Shown one piece after another: positions 28,402-36,255 of a stretch of DNA of 39,201 nt; position 1 is the stretch's first letter, and the number at the start of each line of letters is the position of its first letter. Location of the stretch: positions 1-39,201 of the forward strand of contig CAYWKT010000002.1 in the NCBI GenBank assembly GCA_964458985.1, written 5' to 3'. The notes under the pieces were generated by a model, which saw only the letters and a program-made list of their open reading frames with translations, did no database searches and was not told where the DNA came from. Both the position numbers and the translations under genes were made by a program. The DNA comes from an uncultured Erysipelothrix sp. Its GTDB lineage: Bacteria; Bacillota_I; Bacilli_A; Erysipelotrichales; Erysipelotrichaceae.

Positions 28402-29766
28402 CTATTTATTTCTCCCCTTCTTCGCTATTTGACGTTCTTTTCCGCGTTCAATTTGTTGTTCCTTAATACTTTGTTTAATCATTTCACGACGACGTCTATT
28501 TTTAATTTTATTAATTTCTTGTTGGCGTTTTTTCTTATAACCTGGTTTAACTTTTGTATTTTTACGATATAAGATTTTCGCAATTTCTTTATCTTCACTA
28601 TAGTTATCTTTTTTCTGACTGAAAATACTTTTTGCATCAACTAACTCATTGTTACGAATTTGCTTAAAGCTAAATTTCATTCCACGGTTTCTTAATGTGA
28701 ATATAGTTCCAATGTCAGATTTATTGTAAATAATGTAACTTGTACCATGTCTTGAACTTCTTCCTGTACGACCTGCACGGTGCGTATAGAAGTTTAAATC
28801 ACTCGGTAAGCCTAAACTTACGACGTGAGTAATTCCATCAATATCTAATCCACGTGCTGCAACGTCTGTCGCAACGATGTATGTAAACTCTTGTGATTGA
28901 AGATCTTTAAGTGCACGAATACGCTCACGTGATGAAAGACCTCCTGAGATCATTAAAGTTTTTAAGTTTTTAGAACGTAAGAATCCAGCAGTCTTCTCAA
29001 CTTCTTCACGTGTGTTACAGAAAATAAGACATACATATGGATTAATTGTTTCTAAAAGATTAACTAATGTTTCCTCATAGCTTAAATGACGAGTACTAAT
29101 TAAGACGTGATCGATGTTAGGACTTAATGCCTCATCACTCTTAATTCTAATCGTTTCTGGATTAGTTAAATACTTGTCTAAAAATTGATTCATTTCTTTT
29201 AAGATTGTCGCTGAGAAAACCGATACTTGAACGTCATCTTTCATACGTGAGACAATTTGGTCTACTTCTTCTAAAAATCCGAATTCAAAAGTCATATCTG
29301 CCTCATCGACAACGATCATATCAGCTAAGTCAGCACGTAGTACTGCCTCATCGATAAACATGTCTTTGATTCTACCTGGTGTTCCAATTACGATATGCGG
29401 ATTATTTTTTAATCTTTCCGCCATACGTTCACGGTCCATTCCACCAGTTACTAATTCGATTTTTAAATTTTCATCAACTTCGCTCATTACTTTCGCAAAC
29501 TCATGAATTTGATATGCTAGCTCACGTGTCGGAGCTGTAATAATTGCTTGAGTACGATTTTCACTACTATCTACTTTTTCTAAAATAGGAATTAGAAAAG
29601 CATGTGTTTTCCCTGTTCCTGTATCCGCTACTGCGATAATATCTTTGTCATTAATAATTTTATCGACGACTGCATCTTGAATTAGCGTTAAATCAGTAAA
29701 TCCATTAACGTCTAAAAATTTCAGTGTCTTATCTTTAAAGTTATGTTTTTTGATGTTTGACATCAT
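28402..29766 (-). CDS. DEAD-box ATP-dependent RNA helicase (CshB/YqfR-like) with a basic C-terminal tail
   Basis: Motifs are ADTGTGKTHAF, PTRELA, VVDEAD, SAT and HRAGRTGR, followed by a Lys/Arg-rich tail. The ATG at 29766 lies after GGAAGGTGA. It is adjacent to nfo and divergent from ispH, as in the B. subtilis yqfP-yqfS region. Confidence 0.9.
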   Translation of the reverse strand: MMSNIKKHNFKDKTLKFLDVNGFTDLTLIQDAVVDKIINDKDIIAVADTGTGKTHAFLIPILEKVDSSENRTQAIITAPTRELAYQIHEFAKVMSEVDENLKIELVTGGMDRERMAERLKNNPHIVIGTPGRIKDMFIDEAVLRADLADMIVVDEADMTFEFGFLEEVDQIVSRMKDDVQVSVFSATILKEMNQFLDKYLTNPETIRIKSDEALSPNIDHVLISTRHLSYEETLVNLLETINPYVCLIFCNTREEVEKTAGFLRSKNLKTLMISGGLSSRERIRALKDLQSQEFTYIVATDVAARGLDIDGITHVVSLGLPSDLNFYTHRAGRTGRSSRHGTSYIIYNKSDIGTIFTLRNRGMKFSFKQIRNNELVDAKSIFSQKKDNYSEDKEIAKILYRKNTKVKPGYKKKRQQEINKIKNRRRREMIKQSIKEQQIERGKERQIAKKGRNK

Positions 29767-29839
29767 AATCACCTTCCTCGTGTATTATACGATAAAACAA
29801 GACTTTTTTAAACTCTTATAACTAATCTTTATTTTTAAA

Positions 29840-29848
29840 TGCTATAAT
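29840..29848 (+). promoter_or_regulatory. Extended -10 promoter element (TGCTATAAT) for ispH
   Basis: The plus strand reads aaaTGcTATAATgtt, 25 nt upstream of the ispH ATG. The RBS is GTGAGG. Confidence 0.45.
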
Positions 29849-29873
29849 GTTTTAGCAAAGTGAGGTAATAATA

Positions 29874-30776
29874 ATGGAAGTTGTGAAAATTGCTCCTAGA
29901 GGCTACTGTCATGGGGTTGTGAATGCGTTAAATATCGTTAAAGAAGTACGAAAAAAGCATCCAAATGAAACAGTCTCAGTCTTAGGAATTATCATTCATA
30001 ATAAATTTATAAAAGAAGCACTTGATCGCTTAAACATAATAACAGTACATAATCCAAACAAGTCACGAATGGAATTACTTGATGAAGTAAATGAAGGGAT
30101 TATTATTTTTAGTGCCCACGGTATTAGTGAGCAAATAGTTAATAAAGCTAAAGATAAAGGCTTAATCGTGTATAACGCTGTTTGTAAAGATGTCGTTAAA
30201 ACGCAAGATATTGTGAAAGAATACTTAAATAAAGATTATAAAGTATTATATATCGGAAAAGAAAATCATCCTGAAGCTGAGGCAATACTTGCGATTGATG
30301 AGTCGATTAAATTAATCTCGAAAATGTCAGACTTAGATAATCTTAAGATAGATGATAAGACGATTATTACGAATCAAACGACAATGTCAGTTTATGATAC
30401 GAAAGAGTTAGTCGATAAAATGTTACAAATAAATCCGAACATTGAAGTAATTAACGAAATATGTCGTGCAACTGAAATGCGTCAGTCCGCCCTCTTTGAT
30501 CGCTCTGACTTAGACATGTTATATGTAGTTGGTGATCATTTGTCAAATAACTGTAATAACTTAGCGAAAGTCGCAAGAAATAGTGTTTCAAAAGTAAAAC
30601 TAATTGAAAGTGTAATTGATATTGATCACGATGATTTAGTAGGTATAAGTAAGATTGGTGTTACTTCTGGCGCAAGTACTCCGACATCGATTACAAATCA
30701 AGTAATTGAATACTTAGAAAAATATCCAAATGTGAGTGAAAGTGATCGAATTATTGATTACGAAAAATTATTATAA
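29874..30776 (+). CDS. ispH: 4-hydroxy-3-methylbut-2-enyl diphosphate reductase (MEP pathway)
   Basis: 300 aa. It has GYCHGV, a second Cys in AVCKDV, a third Cys in ICRAT, and the SGASTP motif. Confidence 0.95.
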   Translation: MEVVKIAPRGYCHGVVNALNIVKEVRKKHPNETVSVLGIIIHNKFIKEALDRLNIITVHNPNKSRMELLDEVNEGIIIFSAHGISEQIVNKAKDKGLIVYNAVCKDVVKTQDIVKEYLNKDYKVLYIGKENHPEAEAILAIDESIKLISKMSDLDNLKIDDKTIITNQTTMSVYDTKELVDKMLQINPNIEVINEICRATEMRQSALFDRSDLDMLYVVGDHLSNNCNNLAKVARNSVSKVKLIESVIDIDHDDLVGISKIGVTSGASTPTSITNQVIEYLEKYPNVSESDRIIDYEKLL

Positions 30777-30782
30777 CAATCT

Positions 30783-30815
30783 AAACTGTAGGTGAAATTC
30801 ACTACAGTTTTTTTT
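30783..30815 (+). terminator. Rho-independent terminator after ispH
   Basis: The stem is AAACTGTAG(G)TGAA-A-TTCACTACAGTTT, followed by TTTTT. Confidence 0.75.
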
Positions 30816-30842
30816 ATTAAATAGTTGAAATATGAAAATCTA

Positions 30843-30884
30843 TTGACATATGCGTTGTATCACTGTATTATACAAGTAGTACAG
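30843..30884 (+). promoter_or_regulatory. Sigma-A-type promoter with overlapping inverted repeats (candidate GntR/YtrA-type operator)
   Basis: TTGACA (30843-30848), a 17-nt spacer, then TATTAT (30866-30871). Overlapping inverted repeats are TTGTAT-N9-ATACAA (30855-30875), TGTAT-T-ATACA (30864-30874) and ACTGTA-N12-TACAG (30862-30884). Confidence 0.65.
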
Positions 30885-30897
30885 AGAGGAGAAGCTT

Positions 30898-31266
30898 ATG
30901 AGCATTAAAAATAACTCAATTCCAATATACAGACAAATTATTGAATTTTTCGAATATGATATCGCCTCAAGTAAACTGGCACCTGGTAGTAAGATTGATT
31001 CGATTCGTGAGCTTGCCGCATCATATAAAGTCAATCCAAACACGATTGTCAGAGCTTTAAGTGAGTTGGAAGCAAATGGTTTAATTTATACGGACAGGAC
31101 TAATGGTAAATTTATTTGTGAAGACAAAAGTAAGATTAAGCAATTAAAAGATAGTATTGCCTATGATGATGCGAATACTTACATCAGAAAAACTAGAAGT
31201 TTAAAACTATCAAAAGACGAAGTAAAAGCTTTAATTAATAAGCTATTGGAGGAAAATTATGCATAA
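30898..31266 (+). CDS. GntR-family transcriptional regulator, short YtrA-like subfamily
   Basis: 122 aa. The wHTH region is PIYRQIIEFFEYDIASSKLAPGSKIDSIRELAASYKVNPNTIVRALSELEANGLIYT, with a short C-terminal helical tail. RBS is GAGAGGAGAAG. Confidence 0.88.
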   Translation: MSIKNNSIPIYRQIIEFFEYDIASSKLAPGSKIDSIRELAASYKVNPNTIVRALSELEANGLIYTDRTNGKFICEDKSKIKQLKDSIAYDDANTYIRKTRSLKLSKDEVKALINKLLEENYA

Positions 31267-31960
31267 TAAAATAATCAGCATTGAAGATGTTTCAATTAGT
31301 TATGGACATGTCGAAATTATTAAAAATATTAGCTTAGACTTAGACTCAAATAAAATTATCGGCTTATGTGGGCCAAATGGCGCCGGAAAAACTACGTTAA
31401 TTAAAATGATCGTTGGACTATTACGTGATTTTAAAGGTAATATTACAGTCGATAATAATGAGATTAGCTACATTAGTAAATCTTTAATCTCATATCAGCC
31501 TGATATTATTACACTTGATCCAAACTTAAATGGTAAAAAAGCACTAAAGCAATATAAATCATTGTATAAAGACTTTGATGAAGAGCGATTTAGTGAACTT
31601 CTAATTAAACTAAAACTTCCAAATGATAAGCCACTAAAAAAGATGTCTAAAGGTATGAAAGAAAAGTTTCAATTAGCCCTTACTTTATCTAGAAGAGCTA
31701 AAGTTTACATTTTTGATGAGCCAATTGCCGGCGTTGATCCTGCATCGCGTGATTCAATTTTAGAAACAATCATAAACAACTATACAAAAGATGCCCTACT
31801 ATTAATTTCAACTCACTTAATTCAAGATATTGAATCAATATTAGATGAAGTTGTCTTCATTAATGATGGTGAAATAGTCTTACATGAAAATTGTGATGAC
31901 TTACGTGAGAAGAGTAATATGAGTATTGATCAACTATTTAGGGAGGAGTTTAAATGGTAG
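31259..31960 (+). CDS. ABC transporter ATP-binding protein
   Basis: 233 aa. Walker A is GPNGAGKTT, the signature-like motif is MSKGMKEKF, Walker B is VYIFDEPIAGVD and the H-loop is STH. It overlaps the regulator stop by 8 nt. Confidence 0.92.
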   Translation: MHNKIISIEDVSISYGHVEIIKNISLDLDSNKIIGLCGPNGAGKTTLIKMIVGLLRDFKGNITVDNNEISYISKSLISYQPDIITLDPNLNGKKALKQYKSLYKDFDEERFSELLIKLKLPNDKPLKKMSKGMKEKFQLALTLSRRAKVYIFDEPIAGVDPASRDSILETIINNYTKDALLLISTHLIQDIESILDEVVFINDGEIVLHENCDDLREKSNMSIDQLFREEFKW

Positions 31961-32766
31961 TAAACTTAATTAAAAAAGATTTAAGAGACTCTAAACAAAC
32001 TTTCATCCCAATCTTTATCTTTGTAACAGCCCTTTTATTATTTATGTTAAGTAGTACGAGTATTACAAATTTTATGGATAAAGCTGGATTAGATTCCTCG
32101 ACAGTCTTATTTTCATTTATGACACTATCATTCTTTCCAATCATTATTAGTGTCCTCTTCTTATCAATTAATGCAGTATCAAAAACACTATATACGAACA
32201 TATATAACAATCAAGGTTATGAACTATTTACGCTACCTGTAAAGAGTAGTTATATTATAATTTCAAAAGTTATGACAACGATAATATGGCTAGTTTCACT
32301 CTTAGCTTATTCATTCATTTTACTCAACATTATATTTTTAATTACTCAAGATATTTTAGTGAGTGATATCATAAATTCAATTAGTATTTTCTTTTCTATG
32401 AGTTTAAATGATTTAATCATAAAAGTATTAAATACACTGAGCTCTTTTATTACAGTAGCACTAATTCTATTGATTATATTATTTTCAGGGGCAATATCTC
32501 ATACTAAGTATATTTCTAAATTTAAAAAAGGTGTAAGTATTACTCTATTCATCGTTATTATAAATGTAATCTCTAAATTTGAAAGTATATTTTATGCCGA
32601 TTATTACTCAGCATTCAACATTTTATTTTTAGAAAACGTCTTTGCATTTAATAGTAAACTAAACAGTGTATTTTATATTATAATGCTGATCAGAATATTA
32701 ATCATTACTATCTTGTTCCTTAGTACAAACTACTTATGGAATAATAAATTACAATTAATTGACTAG
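31954..32766 (+). CDS. Polytopic membrane protein, putative ABC-2-type permease component (paralog 1)
   Basis: 270 aa with about 6 TM segments. It is translationally coupled to the ATPase. It shares LIKKxxxDSK, LYTNxYxxQGYELFTLP, HTxYIxKF and WxNKLxL blocks with the next gene. Confidence 0.7.
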   Translation: MVVNLIKKDLRDSKQTFIPIFIFVTALLLFMLSSTSITNFMDKAGLDSSTVLFSFMTLSFFPIIISVLFLSINAVSKTLYTNIYNNQGYELFTLPVKSSYIIISKVMTTIIWLVSLLAYSFILLNIIFLITQDILVSDIINSISIFFSMSLNDLIIKVLNTLSSFITVALILLIILFSGAISHTKYISKFKKGVSITLFIVIINVISKFESIFYADYYSAFNILFLENVFAFNSKLNSVFYIIMLIRILIITILFLSTNYLWNNKLQLID

Positions 32767-32782
32767 AAAAGGAGAATGAAAA

Positions 32783-33604
32783 ATGCTGAAAAATTTAATA
32801 AAAAAAGAAATAAGTGATTCTAAGTACTTATTTATTCCAATCGTGATACTTACTTGTATTACCTGTTTTCTGTTAAATTCCTACCCTCTTACTCATAAGT
32901 TGTTTGAATATTTAAATATTAGTGATTCATATCTTAATTCATTTACTGATGTACTTACACTATTTACTACTTTTGCATTAATCTTAATTTTTATAAAAGG
33001 ATTAAACTCGACATTTAAGTATTTATATACAAACGTATACCATGAACAAGGATATGAACTATTTACTTTACCTACAAGACTATCAACTATTATTATCGCC
33101 AAAATTATAACGATAGTATTTTGGTCGACAATTGTCATTGTTACACTATTTGCCTCACTATCTATCAGTGAATATTTGGCATTTAATTCAGATAACTTGT
33201 ATAATTTCGGTCTTGAACTTGAATCCGTATTTGAAAATAAAAATATTACTAAACTAATTTACTTATTAGTTTGGAACATACTTACTGTCATAAAAGTAGC
33301 ATCGATCATAATTTTATCGGGTGCCTTAGTTCATACACGCTACATCCAAAAATTTAGAGTAGTTTTTGCGAGTTTATTAGTATTTATTATGCTCATACTA
33401 TCGAGACTAATTGAAAGTCTAATTATGGCTGAAATGTTTGATACTTTACTTAATGCGAATCTCGAAACACTTTTATTTAGTGGAGTCGGACTACCTAACT
33501 TTGATTTATCTTTAATCGTTTATTTAATAATCACCAGTATCGTATTATCACTCATAACATTATACATATGGCAAAATAAATTAGAACTGAGCACTAGTGA
33601 GTAA
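32783..33604 (+). CDS. Polytopic membrane protein, putative ABC-2-type permease component (paralog 2)
   Basis: 273 aa and a tandem paralog of the preceding gene, with the same conserved blocks. RBS is AAGGAGAATG. Confidence 0.7.
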   Translation: MLKNLIKKEISDSKYLFIPIVILTCITCFLLNSYPLTHKLFEYLNISDSYLNSFTDVLTLFTTFALILIFIKGLNSTFKYLYTNVYHEQGYELFTLPTRLSTIIIAKIITIVFWSTIVIVTLFASLSISEYLAFNSDNLYNFGLELESVFENKNITKLIYLLVWNILTVIKVASIIILSGALVHTRYIQKFRVVFASLLVFIMLILSRLIESLIMAEMFDTLLNANLETLLFSGVGLPNFDLSLIVYLIITSIVLSLITLYIWQNKLELSTSE

Positions 33605-33620
33605 GTCACTAGTGCTTTTT
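33591..33620. terminator. Bidirectional terminator between the convergent permease gene and the kinase-like gene
   Basis: A perfect 10-bp stem GCACTAGTGA-GTAAG-TCACTAGTGC is followed by TTTTT. It overlaps the stop codon of the plus-strand gene. Confidence 0.75.
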
Positions 33621-34554
33621 AAATTATAATTTGATCACAATATTTAATTCTTTTCTCAATCCAGCAGTTAGCATCTAAATAACTAACTAAATCATTTGTT
33701 TTTTTATGACTTAAGTAATCTTCCAATAATTCACTTAAGTAGAAGAAAAACATATGATAACAAAAGTATCCTAAGTAGTTATCATCGAGTATATAATCAA
33801 TGTCCGCCTTAAAAAGTTCGTTATTGAATGTCTCTCTCGCCCACTCGTAATTACACATTACCCACGCATCTCGTTCAATTGGCGCATACATTACTTCATC
33901 CCAATCAATAATGTAATTATCTTGAGATGATTGCATAAAGTTGCCACCGGCATCACCGTGAGTAATATACAATTTTTGATTTGATTTATTACAGTAATCT
34001 GAAAAACTCGATAGACGATTAGCTCGATGTTTTATTTGTGACATTTTTTCAGTTAATAGTTTCATAATCATTTCATCATCTAAACTATTTTGATTCATTT
34101 TTAAACTTTCATATTTACTAAAAAAACTTTCTGCTTGAGCATTTGAGTAATTTATCGTTGGAATATTAAATCCCATCTGAGAGACTTTATATGTTTCACA
34201 TAATAAGGAGTATTCAATAACCTTTGTATCATCATTTTTTATATTGACGCCATCAATCCATTTAAATACTGCCATAACTCCATCATTAAACTGCTCATAC
34301 AATTTATTATCGACAGTTTTGATTATTTCACCACTAAATTTAATGTTACATTCATTAAAATAATTAATAATCGCTAAACTATTTTTATATAATAGTTGGT
34401 GTCTTGGAAAATAATCTATTTTGACAAAGTACTTTTGAGTAATTGTCTCTACTTTATATGTTTTTCCATAATAGCCGCGCTTTGCGGCAGTAATGTTAGT
34501 GACAGATATATTATAATAATCAATTAGGCATGACTTTATATCTGATTTATTCAT
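33619..34554 (-). CDS. Phosphotransferase-family protein (APH/choline kinase fold)
   Basis: Kinase-fold motifs are ITHGDAGGNFMQ and IIDWDEVMYAPIERDAW. The ATG at 34554 (MNKSDIK) lies after GGAGAG. The 25 extra codons in the track would run through the rplT terminator hairpin. Confidence 0.75.
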   Translation of the reverse strand: MNKSDIKSCLIDYYNISVTNITAAKRGYYGKTYKVETITQKYFVKIDYFPRHQLLYKNSLAIINYFNECNIKFSGEIIKTVDNKLYEQFNDGVMAVFKWIDGVNIKNDDTKVIEYSLLCETYKVSQMGFNIPTINYSNAQAESFFSKYESLKMNQNSLDDEMIMKLLTEKMSQIKHRANRLSSFSDYCNKSNQKLYITHGDAGGNFMQSSQDNYIIDWDEVMYAPIERDAWVMCNYEWARETFNNELFKADIDYILDDNYLGYFCYHMFFFYLSELLEDYLSHKKTNDLVSYLDANCWIEKRIKYCDQIII

Positions 34555-34584
34555 ATTATATCTCTCCATTCTTGAACATAGTGT

Positions 34585-34621
34585 AAAGAAAAAGACCATA
34601 TTAGACAATATGATCTTTTTT
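34585..34621 (-). terminator. Rho-independent terminator of the infC-rpmI-rplT operon
   Basis: Minus-strand RNA is AGAUCAUAUU-GUCU-AAUAUGGUCU (10 bp, one G-U pair) followed by UUUUUCUUU. It starts 13 nt after the rplT stop. Confidence 0.65.
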
Positions 34622-34633
34622 GATTTCATTTAA

Positions 34634-35332
34634 TTATTTTTTGAATGAATCAGTATCTACTTCAGTAATTTTACCATCTTTTACTAATGCAGCAATATTT
34701 CTTCTGATTGTTGCTTCAATAGTATTGTTTTTTGGATAAATTTCTGCAGCGATATTTTGGTGTGCTAAAACTTGATCAGTTGTGAATTCACTTCCAACAT
34801 GGCGATCGATAATATTGTAAACAACATCTTGCCAGTTTCCGCCGTATGATGCTAATGAGTATTCTTCATTTGTATCTTCAACTTTAGTTTCAACTACTTC
34901 TTCAACTTTTGCTTCTACAACTTTAGTTTCTTTAACTTCAACTACTTTACTAGTTTTTTTTTCCGAAACTTTGTTATTTGCGATTGCACTGTTTGCAAGT
35001 TCAACTAATGCGCTGAATCCAGCTTCATCGTGAATTGCCATTTCTGATAACATTTTACGGTTAATTTGAATGTCTGCTAATCTTAATCCGTGTGTTAATT
35101 GTGAATATGTAGTTCCGTTTAATCTTGCAGCTGCGTTAATTCTTGTAATCCAAAGTTTACGCATATCTCTTTTAACTTGTTTACGTCCGATATATGCATA
35201 TCTTTGTGAACGCATAACTTGTTCGTTAGCTGTACGGTATAAACGGTGTTTTGAACCAAAGTACCCTTTAGCTAGTTTTAATCTCTTTTTTCTACGTGCT
35301 CTACTTGCAACGTTATTTTTTGCTCTTGCCAT
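34634..35332 (-). CDS. rplT: 50S ribosomal protein L20 with a ~110-aa C-terminal extension
   Basis: Residues 1-121 are canonical L20 ([50 protein letters not shown]). The ORF continues in frame to 232 aa through a KVVE/ETKV repeat linker into a globular-looking tail. RBS is AGGAGGAAGAG. Confidence 0.85.
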   Translation of the reverse strand: MARAKNNVASRARRKKRLKLAKGYFGSKHRLYRTANEQVMRSQRYAYIGRKQVKRDMRKLWITRINAAARLNGTTYSQLTHGLRLADIQINRKMLSEMAIHDEAGFSALVELANSAIANNKVSEKKTSKVVEVKETKVVEAKVEEVVETKVEDTNEEYSLASYGGNWQDVVYNIIDRHVGSEFTTDQVLAHQNIAAEIYPKNNTIEATIRRNIAALVKDGKITEVDTDSFKK

Positions 35333-35358
35333 TGTCTCTTCCTCCTAATTGTTAATGA

Positions 35359-35559
35359 TTAATTCTGTAATAAAGAATCAATTCTACTTTGATCTGATGG
35401 ATGAACCAATGCAGATTTTCTTAATTGACGTTTTTGTTTTTGCGTCTTATGACTTGCTTTATGTGATCTATATCCTTGCGAGCGTTTTAATTTTCCAGAA
35501 CCAGTTTTCTTAAATCTTTTAGCAACTGATTTTTTAGTTTTCATTTTTACTTTTGCCAT
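35359..35559 (-). CDS. rpmI: 50S ribosomal protein L35
   Basis: 66 aa and very basic. It begins [26 protein letters not shown] and ends with a HKASHKT-type tail. It lies between infC and rplT. Confidence 0.93.
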   Translation of the reverse strand: MAKVKMKTKKSVAKRFKKTGSGKLKRSQGYRSHKASHKTQKQKRQLRKSALVHPSDQSRIDSLLQN

Positions 35560-35574
35560 GTCTAATTCCTCTTT

Positions 35575-36105
35575 CTATTTTTTCGGGTTAATAACTACCG
35601 ACATTGTGTAACCTTCCAAACGTGGTCTATTTGCTGGCTCACCATACTCTTTAAGAGCATCGATAAAGTCATTCATAATTTCACGTCCGACAGCCTGTCT
35701 TGTAATTTGACGTCCTCTAAATCGCATATCGACTTTAACCTTGTTACCATCTTTTAACCATCCAACTGCTTGTCTAGCCTTAGTATTGAAGTCTCCGACA
35801 TCAATTACAGGCGAAAGTCTTGTTGCTTTGAGTTCTTGAACTACTTGATTTTTCTTTTGTTCTCTCTGACGTTTTTGTTGCTCATATTTATGTTTACCAT
35901 AATCTAAGATACGTGCAACTACTGGATCTGAGTTTGGTGAAACTACAAGTAAGTCTAAATTACGCGATTGCGCTTGTGCTAGTGCATCATTTTTACTTAA
36001 TACACCTAATTTATCACCTTTATCAGTAATAACCATCATTTCCCTAAACGGAATTTTTTCATTAACCAAGTCGCCTTGAGCTCTCTTCCTGTTTGAAATA
36101 ATCAT
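35575..36105 (-). CDS. infC: Translation initiation factor IF-3
   Basis: 176 aa. Matching segments are LVNEKIPFREMMVI, NLDLLVVSP, PVVARILDYGKHKYE and VKVDMRFRGRQ. The exact start codon is ambiguous (see findings). Confidence 0.93.
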   Translation of the reverse strand: MIISNRKRAQGDLVNEKIPFREMMVITDKGDKLGVLSKNDALAQAQSRNLDLLVVSPNSDPVVARILDYGKHKYEQQKRQREQKKNQVVQELKATRLSPVIDVGDFNTKARQAVGWLKDGNKVKVDMRFRGRQITRQAVGREIMNDFIDALKEYGEPANRPRLEGYTMSVVINPKK

Positions 36106-36250
36106 ACACCTCCTGTGTTATATAAAATAAAAAAGTGGACATGAAGCATCCACTAAATAACATTAACATAGTTTAATATTATGTAGCGTATACCTAAAGC
36201 TTTTTGCTATCAGGTGAGAATTGCTTCTTCTTTCTACTAATTTATTTACT
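36106..36250 (-). promoter_or_regulatory. 5' leader of the infC operon, candidate L20-responsive attenuator leader
   Basis: A ~145-nt untranslated leader lies between a strong promoter and infC. It contains a long-range UAUCAG/CUGAUA pairing, internal hairpins and an intrinsic terminator just before the SD. This layout matches the L20 leader of Bacillota. Confidence 0.5.
36124..36154 (-). terminator. Leader (attenuator) terminator upstream of infC
   Basis: Minus-strand RNA is AGUGGAU-GCUUCAU-GUCCACU followed by UUUUUUAUUUU. It ends about 19 nt before the infC start region. Confidence 0.6.
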
Positions 36251-36255
36251 GATAC

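Noticed and set aside
30840-31043. A 67-aa minus-strand ORF across the GntR promoter and the 5' end of the GntR gene.
   Set aside because: It is antisense to a gene with a clear wHTH and runs through the consensus promoter. There is no RBS.
34870-34960. Imperfect tandem DNA repeats (caactttagtttc / aacttcaactac units).
   Set aside because: This is not a CRISPR array or a non-coding repeat. It is the coding sequence of the KVVE/ETKV repeat linker inside the extended rplT ORF.
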